A stretch of DNA of 63,790 nucleotides, the filler included, from Octopus bimaculoides (Eukaryota), in NCBI RefSeq assembly GCF_001194135.2. It is 4 parts of 4 records of this genome, joined end to end, with 100 filler letters (N's around TTAATTAATTAA, not from the genome) between each part and the next. Parts side by side here need not be neighbours in the genome. Positions count along the whole stretch, not along the records: positions 33,019 to 61,949 come from NC_068983.1; positions 62,050 to 63,790 come from NC_068990.1; 2 more parts are not named here. One strand, written 5' to 3'. The notes under the pieces are model-generated. The model saw nothing but the letters and a program-made list of their open reading frames with translations, had not been told where the DNA came from and did not search any database. Positions 52,171 through 63,320 of the stretch are shown in pieces. Each line of letters starts with the position of its first letter. Position 1 is the stretch's first letter. The position numbers were made by a program, and so were the translations under genes.

Positions 52171-52959
52171 TTTTACTCGTTTCAGTCATTAGACCGTGGC
52201 CATGCTGGGGCACCGTCTTGAAGAATTTTGAGTCAAATATATTGCACCCAAGACTTACATTTTTTTTTAAAGCCTGGTACTTATCTTATCAGTCTCTTTT
52301 GCCAAACTGCTGAGTTACAGGGATGTAAACACACCAGTACCAGTTGTCAAGCAGGAGGAGGTGGGGGGGGGGGNNNNNNNNNNNNNNNNNNNNNNNNNNN
52401 NNNNNNNNNNNNNNNNNNNNNNNNNNNNNNNNNNNNNNNNNNNNNNNNNNNNNNNNNNNNNNNNNNNNNNNNNNNNNNNNNNNNNNNNNNNNNNNNNNNN
52501 NNNNNNNNNNNNNNNNNNNNNNNNNNNNNNNNNNNNNNNNNNNNNNNNNNNNNNNNNNNNNNNNNNNNNNNNNNNNNNNNNNNNNNNNNNNNNNNNNNNN
52601 NNNNNNNNNNNNNNNNNNNNNNNNNNNNNNNNNNNNNNNNNNNNNNNNNNNNNNNNNNNNNNNNNNNNNNNNNNNNNNNNNNNNNNNNNNNNNNNNNNNN
52701 NNNNNNNNNNNNNNNNNNNNNNNNNNNNNNNNNNNNNNNNNNNNNNNNNNNNNNNNNNNNNNNNNNNNNNNNNNNNNNNNNNNNNNNNNNNNNNNNNNNN
52801 NNNNNNNNNNNNNNNNNNNNNNNNNNNNNNNNNNNNNNNNNNNNNNNNNNNNNNNNNNNNNNNNNNNNNNNNNNNNNNNNNNNNNNNNNNNNNNNNNNNN
52901 NNNNNNNNNNNNNNNNNNNNNNNNNNNNNNNNNNNNNNNNNNNNNNNNNNNNNNNNNNN

Positions 52960-52994
<35 letters not shown>

Positions 52995-53161
52995 TACATA
53001 TATACGACGGGCTTCTTTCAGTTTCCGTCTACCAAATCCACTCACAAGGCTTTGGTCGGCCCAAGGCTATAGTAGAAGACATTTGCCCAAGGTGCCACGC
53101 AGTGGGACTGAACCCAGAACTATGTGGTTGGTAACCAAGCTACTTACCACACAGCCACTCC
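52171..53161 (-). mobile_element. SINE family 1 (minus strand, gap in the middle)
   Basis: Tail at 52171-52373 and head at 52960-53161. Confidence 0.85.
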
Positions 53162-53175
53162 TTATATATATAAAT

Positions 53176-54014
53176 TTGCTTCCCAACTACATGGTTCCTG
53201 GTTCAGTCTTATTGTGTGGCACCTTGGGCAAGCGTCTTCTACTATAGCCTCAGGTTGACTAAAGCCTTGTGAGTAGATCTGGTAGACGGAAACTGAAAAG
53301 AAGCTCATCATATATGTCCCTCACCACTACTTAACAACTGGTGTTGGTGTATTTATGTCTCCGTGACTTAGTGGTTCAGCAAAATAGCTGATAGAATAAG
53401 TACTAGAGCTAAAAAATAAGTCCTGGGGTTTATGTGTTCAGCTAAAACCCTTCAAGGCATTGCCCAGCATGGCTGCAGTCAAACAGGTGAAACAAGTAAA
53501 TGATAAAAGTTGTATGTATATATAATATATATAGGCGCAGGAGTGGCTGTGTGGTAAGTAGCTTGCTTACCAACCACATGGTTCCGGGTTCAGTCCCACT
53601 GCGTGGCACCTTGGGCAAGTGTCTTCTACTATAACCTCGGGCCGACCAAAGCCTTGTGAGTGGATTTGGTAGACGGAAACTGAAAGAAGCCCGTCGTATA
53701 TATGTACATGTATATATATATGTATGTATGTGTGTGTGTGTGTGTGTTTATGTGTCTGTGTTTGTCCCTCCAACATCGCTTGACAACCGATGCTGGTGTG
53801 TTTACGTCCCCGTAACTTAGCGGTTCGGCAAAAGAAAACGATAGAATAAGTACCAGGCTTACAAAGAATAAGTCATGGGGTCGATTTGCTCGACTAAAGG
53901 TGGTGCTCCAGCATGGCCACAGTCAAATGACTGAAACAAGTAAAAGAGTAAAAGAGTATATATATACATATATATATATATATATGACCAATATGACCAT
54001 CCCCAAGTACAACA

Positions 54015-54060
<46 letters not shown>

Positions 54061-54297
54061 NNNNNNNNNNNNNNNNNNNNNNNNNNNNNNNNNNNNNNNN
54101 TAGCGGTTCGGCAAAAGAAAACGATAGAATAAGTACCAGGCTTACAAAGAATAAGTCATGGGGTCGATTTGCTCGACTAAAGGTGGTGCTCCAGCATGGC
54201 CACAGTCAAATGACTGAAACAAGTAAAAGAGTAAAAGAGTATATATATACATATATATATATATATATGACCAATATGACCATCCCCAAGTACAACA

Positions 54298-54366
<69 letters not shown>

Positions 54367-54955
54367 ACATGCTTCTTTCAGTTTCCATCTATTAAATACA
54401 CTCACAAAGCTTTGGTTGGCCCAAGGTGCCACACAGTGGGACTGAACCCTGAACCATGTGATTGAGAAGCAAGCTTCTTACCACACAACCATGCCTTGAG
54501 AAAGTGTAAAAAAAGAATAAAAAAGAAAAGCGAAAAGAAAGAGGAAAAAGAGTTCTTGACCATGCAGTCAAGAAGCTTGCTTTGCAACCACATGGTTTTG
54601 GGTTCAGTCCTGCTGCACAGCACCTTGGTCAATTGTTTTCTACTGTAGCTCTTGGTTAACGAATGCTTTGTGAGTAAATTTGGTAGATGGAAACTGTGAG
54701 GAAGTCCATCATATATGTATGCATGTGTGTGTGTTTTTGTGTTTGTTTCTGTGCTTGTGTCTTACCACAACTTGAGAATTGGTGTTGGGTAATTTGCATG
54801 TCTGTAACTTAGTGGTACAGCAAAAGTGACTGATAGAATAAGTACCAGACTTCAAAAAAATTAGTGCTTGGGCCAATTTGTTCAACTAAACCCTTTTAGA
54901 TGGTGCCCCAGCATGGCCTCAATCTAATGACTGAAACAAATAAATGATAAAAGAT
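53176..54955. mobile_element. Cluster of SINE family 1 copies: 53176-53508 (+), 53533-53957 (+, young), 54101-54240 (duplicate tail), 54365-54495 (-, head), 54560-54955 (+)
   Basis: Repeated head, CORE and tail motifs seen directly. Confidence 0.85.
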
Positions 54956-55036
54956 TGGTATAAACTACAGCAACAAAACAACGTTCAAAGTAAGAGTGAA
55001 CACATCACATATCATCATCATCGTCATCACTTAATG

Positions 55037-55302
55037 CAGGGGTTTTCAAACTGTGGTCCGCGGACCACAGGGGGTCCACAAGGACAAAACAGGGGGTCCG
55101 TGGACAGCAAATACTTTTTATGGGCAATTTGATTTTATATATGTTTTTTAATCGAAATCTTTTAATTGACAATAAACCTATTTGTTAATGTTATTTTAAG
55201 CAAATATTTATGTATAAATTTCATAAGCGTTTATAAGGGGGTCCCTAAGGTAAAGCCTGAAATATAAAGGGGTCCGCAAGTCAAAAAGTTTGAAAACCCC
55301 TG
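55037..55302. mobile_element. hAT MITE, copy 2
   Basis: Same 16-bp TIRs. 8-bp TSD ACTTAATG / ATTTAATG (7 of 8 match). Confidence 0.9.
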
Positions 55303-56939
55303 ATTTAATGTGTTTTTCATTCTAGCATGGGCTGGACAGTTTGACAGGAGCTGGCAACTCAGACAGCTGCACCAGGCTCCAGACATCTCTTTTCTTTTCT
55401 GCTTTAGGCACAAGACCCGAAATTTTGGGGAAGGCAGCCAGTCGATTAAATCAACCCTAGTACACAGCTGGTACTTAATTTATCAACCCCGAAACGATGA
55501 AAGGCAAAGTCGACCTCGGCAGAATTTGAACTCAGAACGTAAAGACAGACGAAATACCACTAAGCATTTCGCCCAGCATGCTAACGTTTCTGCCAGCTCG
55601 CCGTCTTTATATCATTATCATCATCATGCTGGCATGGGTTTGATGGCTTGACAGGATCCAATGGTCCAAGGACTGCAGTGTGCCCCAGCGTCTGCTTTGG
55701 TATGGTTTCCACAACTGGATACTCTTCCTCATGCCAATCAATCACTTTACAGTGTACACTGAGTGCCTTTTGCTTTTGTGGTACCAGCACTTGGGAGGTC
55801 TCCAGGTAATTTACAAAACAGCAAAAGAATAAGAAAAAGACAACAAGGAAAAAGAAAAAGGAAATGACTGGATGCCCTTCCTAACACCAACCACTTTACT
55901 CTGTGTGCTGGGTACTTTTTCCATTCCGCCAGCACTAGTTATGCCACCATGTGGTTCAAATGTCTATAAAGCCTATGGAGGAGGGTGGCACCTTTATGCT
56001 AGCTGGGGTTTAAGGTATGCAAGAAATGGGGGTAGCAGAGCAGGTTCTTTTTGTAGAGGAGCTACTTAGCTTCTCACATTTAGAGAAGAGAGTGAAAATG
56101 AATCAGCAATGCTCGCAAATAAATAAATAGTGGTGATGAGGTATCCAGGTGAGGCCTCAAGGTATGAGGTGGTAGAAGTGAGTGAGGGCAATGTGGTGAG
56201 CTGGCACAAATGTTAGCATGCCAGGTGAAATGCTCAGCAGTATTTCCTTTGTCTTTACGTTCTGAGTTCAATTTCTGCTGAGGTCAACTTTGCCTTTCAT
56301 CCTTTTGGAGTCGAGAAATTAAGTACCAGTTGTGTACTGGCGTCGATCTAATCGACTGGCTCCATCCCCGAAAATTTCAATCCTTGTGCCTAGAGAGAAA
56401 AGAAGTGAGTGAGGGCAGAGAAGCTAGGAGGGCGGAGAAGGTTTGCAAAACTGTCTAAGGGGGGCAAGATATAGTGGGGGCTGTAAGTGACAGCTGTAAA
56501 GATTAAGTCCAGTTGAAGGGTACAATACAAAATGTATAGTATTAAATTTACTGACTGCTTTTGTGGTAAAGCAGACCTATTCATGATTAAAGGGAGTCTA
56601 ACCTTGACCATCCCATTTATTTGTATATCAATGACTACATTATCTAATATATCCTTCCCTGTTTTTTTTTTTTATTAAGGTGGTATGGTGTGGTTTGAGG
56701 GAATTTGGTTGCTATTTTTAGCTTCCTATTTGACATCAAATTTGGCTGTTACATTAAGTAGGTTACATGACTATACAGAAGTTCCTACTCTAGTTCTAAA
56801 GACAAGGTGTTTAATACCATGAAACCAGAAGCTAAGCATGGGTCCTTAAATGTCCTTCAGGGCGTTGGGAAGTATTTATATTACATATGTAATAAATCTT
56901 TTGATTGCAGTGGAGGTGATGGTGACATTGGTGACCTTG

Positions 56940-57800
56940 ATGGCAGTGGTGGTGGTGGTGGTGGTGGTGGTGGTGGTGGTACTGATGGCAACAGTGGCAG
57001 TGGCAGTGGCAGTGGTGGTGTTGGCANNNNNNNNNNNNNNNNNNNNNNNNNNNNNNNNNNNNNNNNNNNNNNNNNNNNNNNNNNNNNNNNNNNNNNNNNN
57101 NNNNNNNNNNNNNNNNNNNNNNNNNNNNNNNNNNNNNNNNNNNNNNNNNNNNNNNNNNNNNNNNNNNNNNNNNNNNNNNNNNNNNNNNNNNNNNNNNNNN
57201 NNNNNNNNNNNNNNNNNNNNNNNNNNNNNNNNNNNNNNNNNNNNNNNNNNNNNNNNNNNNNNNNNNNNNNNNNNNNNNNNNNNNNNNNNNNNNNNNNNNN
57301 NNNNNNNNNNNNNNNNNNNNNNNNNNNNNNNNNNNNNNNNNNNNNNNNNNNNNNNNNNNNNNNNNNNNNNNNNNNNGGTGGCGGTGGTGGTGGTGGCGGT
57401 GGCGGTGGTGGTGGTGGCGACAGCAGTGGTAGTGGTGGTGGTTTTCATGTTGGTAGTGGTGGTAATAGTAATTATTGTGACAGTGGTGTGATCATGAGAG
57501 TAGTGGTGCTAGGGTTGGTGATATAGATAGTTGCAGTGTTGTGGTGATAGTTTTGATAGTTCAGTGATGGTAATGTGATAGTGGTGATGTACTGGTGGTG
57601 CTGGTAGTAGTGGCAATGGCATTGTAGTAGTAATAGTATAATGGTAGTGATGATAGAGGTAAGTCATGGTGCAGCTGATGGTGGTGGTGGTGGTGGTGGT
57701 GGTGGTAGTGGTAATAGTAGCTTGATGGTTGAAGTAGTAGTAGTGATAGTAGCAGCTGTGGTAGTTAATAGGGGTTGTAGCAAGCAATAGTGATGGAGGT
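56940..57800. repeat. (GGT/GGC/AGT)n low-complexity tract spanning a gap
   Basis: Seen directly. A related tract lies at 45224-45760. Confidence 0.85.
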
Positions 57801-58011
57801 AGCGATTTCTGTGCCAGCATCAAGTTTTCCCCTGGATCAGAATCACGAAAAAAGAAAAGAGAAGCAAAAACAAAAAGTACCTCCCTTCATACACACACTC
57901 ATCATTATACCCAGCTTGAAACAAAATGAGGAACTTAGGTCTTTATGGGCACCAAACAGCTCTGAAGCCACTTGTAGAAAAACAAAACAAAATAAGCTGA
58001 TGACAATAACA

Positions 58012-58057
<46 letters not shown>

Positions 58058-58619
58058 GGAGGAGGAGGAGGAGGNNNNNNNNNNNNNNNNNNNNNNNNNN
58101 NNNNNNNNNNNNNNNNNNNNNNNNNNNNNNNNNNNNNNNNNNNNNNNNNNNNNNNNNNNNNNNNNNNNNNNNNNNNNNNNNNNNNNNNNNNNNNNNNNNN
58201 NNNNNNNNNNNNNNNNNNNNNNNNNNNNNNNNNNNNNNNNNNNNNNNNNNNNNNNNNNNNNNTGTGTATAGATAGATAGATAGATAGATAGATACACCAG
58301 TAGATAGATACACCAGTAGATAGACACACAAATAGGTAGACACACAGACAGATATATAGTCAGACAGACAGACAGACAGAAAAATAGATAGATTTATGAT
58401 ATTTATCACCATTTAACAGCCACATTCCATTCATACAAAACAGATATAAAATAGGTACAGGCATTGCTGTGTGGTTAAAAAGTTAATTCTGCAACCTTGT
58501 GGTTTTGGGTTCAGTCCTGTTGGGAAGCACCATGGACAAGTATTTTCTACTACATCCCTAGATTACAAGTGAATATGGTAGACAGAAATTGAAAGAAACT
58601 CATTGTATGTATGTATGTA

Positions 58620-58671
<52 letters not shown>

Positions 58672-58679
58672 TTACGAAG

Positions 58680-60160
58680 GTGTCATTAATTCTATTATTA
58701 TCCAATGTAACTATCGTGCGGGTGTTACTCTGAAAATTTACCATATTTTATACTTTTTCAAATTACAGAACACCCTTTTTTTGTTCATTGTACGGTCCAT
58801 GGATTAAATCTAGTTCTGTCTCAAGCGGTTGCAAATATTCAAGAATGCAATAAGTTTTTTTCACAGATAAAGTCTTTTTCGTTATATTTTTGTAAGTCAA
58901 GCAAATGCATGCATCTATTTAATACTGAAACAGGATCTTTTCTATGTGACACATTCAACCAGTATCTGAAGTTTCAAACTGTTTAGTTACAAAAAATTAA
59001 TCTAAAAAATCTGTGACTGAGATTGAAAAGATCCCTGAAATTAAAAAGCGTTTTCCAAAAGTGGTGCCAACTCGCTGGAATTTGAATCATTCATTGGTTG
59101 ACACAGTTCTTGAATATTGTGAGCAACTTGCTAAACATCATTGATAATTCAAGTATTTTTATTTACACAAATGCAGCATTTGACATCCTCCAGAAAAAAA
59201 CATTTGACATATCCTACTGTATTCATAAAGTAAACAAAATTGTGAAAGTTTTGAAAGAAAAAAAAAAGCATGAACATTCTAAATTTAGGGCTAAACGCTA
59301 AATTTTGGGCATTTATCCTCAAATGAAGAAAAGACAAAATGCATTTGAAACAGAAGAAAGATACAGATAGTTGTTCTACAAAATTATAGATTCAATTTGC
59401 AAGCAAATTGAGATACAATTTCAAAATTTAAATGAATTACATTTTTTAGCGCTTCTCAATCCAATGAGACAAAATGACTACGTCTAGGAAACATCTCTAA
59501 AACTTGCCTTAAACATTCTTATGGAGACCATTTCAACAGCCAAAAGTTAAGAAGCGAACTTACTGCCTTGTGCAAAGATGCTGAACCAAAAGGAAAATCC
59601 ATTCAAGATTTACTTTACATTCTGCATAGTAGTGAATTAGATGAAATGTTGCTCCACGTTAACGAAGCAGCAAAAGTAAAGAATATGTACACCTGGCGTT
59701 TAGGGTTAGGGTTAGGGTTTAGGGCTAGGATTAGAGTTAGAGTTAGGGTTTTTGTTACGCCGAAAGTGGGTGGTGTATGTATTCCTTACCTCTGCCAACA
59801 AAGATTTATGAATTAATATTAATACTACCAGCAACAAGTGCTACAGTGGAGCGCTCCTTTTCATACACAAGGAGAATTCATAATTATACAAGAAATTCGC
59901 AGGGACAAGAAGGATTGAGCAGTTTAGCTCTAATTGGCATAGAAAAGCCGTTTTAAAAAGCATTAAGAATGATACCTTCTACAATGATGTTATCAACAAT
60001 TTCAACAAGAAAGAGAGAAGGATTGAATTAACATTTAAATAAAATATGTAAGTTTTAATTATGATTTTTTTTTTTTAATTTTAAAAATAGCTATATGATA
60101 TAAACATGTCTATGTGACAGAAAATTTTGGTCATTGCTTCCTCAGCCAGAAAGATCGCCG
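58680..60160 (+). mobile_element. hAT transposase pseudogene (ZMYM1-like type), 5'-truncated
   Basis: FVHCTVHGLNLVLSQ (C..H.LNL box), FDILQKK, and ILPATSATVERSFS...QEGLSSLALIGIE (hATC dimerisation domain). Frameshifts and stops. Confidence 0.85.
59670..59795. mobile_element. Fold-back MITE with a degenerate (TTAGGG)n core inserted in the hAT ORF
   Basis: GCAAAAGTAAAGAATATGTACACC versus GGTGTATGTATTCCTTACCTCTGC are imperfect inverted repeats. Inner GGCGT / ACGCC pair, and about 8 TTAGGG-like units. Confidence 0.65.
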
Positions 60161-60167
60161 CATGCCC

Positions 60168-60208
<41 letters not shown>

Positions 60209-60210
60209 GA

Positions 60211-61514
60211 AGGGTCTTAGCAAAAACCAAAGTCTTGGTAAGTAGGAAGGCTGTCAAACCACAATCCCCTTCAGGTAGATGGCCTTGCTTGATCTGTAGA
60301 AAAGGCATGGGAAGAAACTCCATATGATGTACCTGGTGTAAACTATATCAAAGGTAAATTAATCAGAAAAATAGTTTTTGTGTGTGGCAGATGCACAGGA
60401 GCAATAAGCACTGAAGATGTACAGACAACAGATTTCATCACATGCCAGGGGGTAGAAACTAAAAGTAGTTAATAGCTTCCACTACCTAGATGACCAAATC
60501 TGTAGTGGGGGTGGTTTATCTGAGAGTGTAGCGGCTAGAATAAGAATAACCTGGGCAAAGTTCAGGGAGCTCCTACCTCTGCTGGCAACTAAGGGCCTCT
60601 CACTCAGGATGAAAGATAGACTGTATGATGCATGTGTGAACTGCCATGCTACACAGCAGTGAAACAGGGGCCATGGCTGCTGAGGCCATGACACAGGGGC
60701 CATGACTGTGTCGGCTTGAAAGATATGAAGCTAGTATGATCCACTGGATGTGTAATGTCAGTGTGCATACACGACAGAGTGTGATCGCCCTGAGAGAAAA
60801 GTTGGGCATAAGGAGCATCAAATGTGGTGTGCAAGAGAGACGACTGCACTGGTATGGTCATGTGTTATATATGGATGAGGACAGCTGCTTGAGAAAATGT
60901 CACTCCCTAACTGTGGAAGAGGTAGACCCAGGAAGACATGGGATTAGTAGGTGAAGCATGACCTTCAAACATTGGACCTTACAGAGGCAATGACAGGAGA
61001 CCGAGACCTTTGGAGGTATGCTGTGATTGAGAAAACCTGGCAACTAAAGTGAGATTGTAGACACACATGTCCGGCCCAGTTAAGAATACCCCTGATGCGT
61101 CAGGCGATATGATATGCTTGAGAAGACCTGTTGACTGGCTCCAATTCCAGTGGCACATAAAAAGTACTATCTGAATGAGGCCAATGCCAGGTTCACCTGA
61201 TTGGCTCCCATGCCTGTGGCCCATAAAAAGCACCATCCAAATGTGGCTGATGCTAGTACCCCCTGACTGGCCCCCATGCCGGTGGCACATAAAAAGCACT
61301 ATCTGAATGTGATCAATGCCAGGTCTGCCTGACTGGCTCATGTGCCAGTGGCACATAAAAAGCACCCACTACACTCTCAGAGTGGTTGGCATTAGGAAGG
61401 GCATCCAGCTGTAGAAACACTGCCAGATCAGATTGGAGCCTGGTGGAGCCACTGGCTCTCCAGACCTCAGTCAAACCATCCAAACCATGCCAGCATGGAA
61501 AATGGACGTTAAAC

Positions 61515-61553
<39 letters not shown>
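60211..61553 (+). mobile_element. 5'-truncated RTE-clade LINE: RT C-terminus, 3' UTR with a 66-bp tandem array, (GAT)n tail
   Basis: AKTKVL, FHYLDD (FRYLG box), RIRITWAKFRELLPLL, MIHWMCNV and RRLHWYGHVL. The tail GGAAGGGCATCCAGCTGTAGAAAC..GGACGTTAAACGATGATGAT is also found inverted at about 41950-42145, 55620-55790 and 55850-55950. Confidence 0.9.
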
Positions 61554-61736
61554 ACACACACACAATAACACAGATGGATTGAGGTTCACTGCAGCTGTTT
61601 TAGACATGTTCCTTATTGATACAAAAAAAATCTATTTTCTTCAGGTGAATAAAGAGTAAAATTTAACACTTATGATTTTTCACAGAAATAGAACATAATG
61701 CAAGTTGACCCTCCAATCTTGGTTACTGCTGAGAAA

Positions 61737-61773
<37 letters not shown>

Positions 61774-61949
61774 TGTATGTGTGTGTGTGATCTGAATATT
61801 TCAGCTTGTTAACTATTTGTTGAGCACTTTGTAATCATATACTACACATTAAACAGGTCAGTATGTGTTATATTCAATAAATACTTTACTTTCTTCACAA
61901 CACACCTGAGTTATCTGGAAGTATTTTTTTTTTTTCTTTTACTTCAACA

Positions 61950-62049
61950 NNNNNNNNNNNNNNNNNNNNNNNNNNNNNNNNNNNNNNNNNNNNTTAATTA
62001 ATTAANNNNNNNNNNNNNNNNNNNNNNNNNNNNNNNNNNNNNNNNNNNN
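61950..62049. other. Artificial scaffold-join spacer (44N-TTAATTAATTAA-44N)
   Basis: Identical to the other two. Confidence 0.95.
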
Positions 62050-63119
62050 GTTTTTGCATCTTCTTCAGCTTTGAAGTTTTTTCTTGCAAAAAGTTGTCTA
62101 ATGCCTGGAAAACGTGATAGTCAGTTGACGCAAGGTCTGGTGAATATGGTAGATGACAGTTCCTGTAACTCGAGTAGCGTTTTTTTTTTGTGCAACATGT
62201 GGTCGAGCATTGTCTTGCAAGAGAATTGGCCTGTCTCTATTGACCAATCTCGCTTGTAGTTGTTTAATTCCAAGTTCACTGATCATTTCATCCAATTGGT
62301 CGATGTATACATCCGCTGTAATTGACTTACTAGGTCTCATGAAGCTGTAGCGGATGACACCAGCGCTGGACCACCAAACAGACACCATTAGCTTTCTTTT
62401 GGTGAAGATTCTTTTTTGGATTGTGTTTTGGCACTTCGTCTCTATCCAATCGCCATGCAGAACACTTGCTATTGTTGAAAAGAATCCATTTTACATTACA
62501 TGTAATAATACGATGCAAAAATGGTTTGCTTTTATACCGTTATAGCAAAGAACAGCAAGTTTGAAAACAACATACCATTTGATATTCGTTCAGTGCTTGT
62601 GGTCAAGCTTCTTTGCCGATTTGTTTCAGATGGTCCAATACAGTTGGAATCGAAACATCAAACCTTACTGCTAATTCTCGTGTAGTTTGAGATGTATCCA
62701 CTTCCATTAGTTTCCAGCTCTTCATTATCCACTTTGGTCTCAGGTCTACCACGAGACTGATTTTCAAGAGCAAAGTCACCAGACCGGAACTTCTCTAACC
62801 CTCGACGTACAATGCGCTCATTCGCCACATCTTCACCAAACATCTCATTGATGCTTCAAGCTGTCTGGGATGCATTGGTTCCGCGACGGAACTCATTTTC
62901 ATAAACAACACGATTTTTTATTCTATCCATGGGTTCACAAAAATTGATTTACAAGAGAAAACTCACAATATAATCAGACACCATGAAATGCATTTCGAAA
63001 AGTAAGGATGTAACTCTTCAATGTTGTAAAACAATGAATTGTCAGAATAAAACATTAGAGTTAACGACTGTCAAACTTGGTGCATAAGAAAATCGGACAT
63101 TTCATTCTTAATGACCTGA
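62050..63119 (-). mobile_element. mariner transposon pseudogene (second family), 3' end lost at the spacer
   Basis: TA + TCAGGTCATTAAGAATG terminus. Motifs FGEDVANER..KFRSGDFALENQSRGRP, RIITCNVKW, VWWSSAGVI and LLQDNARPH. Confidence 0.9.
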
Positions 63120-63129
63120 TATATCTTTT

Positions 63130-63320
63130 ATCGCTTATTTTTTTACTTCTTTCGGACATTAGACTGCGGCCATGCTGGTTCACCACCTAGAAAGGTTTTT
63201 AGTTGAGCAAATCCCTCCTAGTGCTTATTTTTTTAAAGCTTGGTACTTATTTGATCAGTCCCTTTTACCGAATCACTAAGTTGCGGCTGTCAAGCGATGG
63301 TAGGTGACAAACACAGACAC
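63130..63320 (-). mobile_element. SINE family 1 tail fragment
   Basis: GACTGCGGCCATGCTGG ... GTCAAGCGATGG homology. Confidence 0.75.

Noticed and set aside
53818-54343. Real tandem duplication of a SINE tail plus flank
   Set aside because: An exact ~240-bp copy on either side of a 40-N gap, so most likely an assembly overlap.
56807-57526. Glycine-rich structural protein ORF
   Set aside because: It spans a 350-N gap and is built from GGT repeats. The homologous tract at 45.2 kb has a stop in the Gly frame.
59700-59750. True telomere or chromosome end
   Set aside because: The tract is short, degenerate, internal and enclosed by TIRs.
59684-59781. 6-bp TATGTA target-site duplication around the TTAGGG tract
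   Set aside because: Both TATGTA copies lie inside longer inverted repeats and are explained by CpG decay of a palindromic TACGTA.
61133-61370. CRISPR-like repeat-spacer array
   Set aside because: The variable halves are homologous to each other, the array lies in a LINE 3' UTR, and there are no cas genes.
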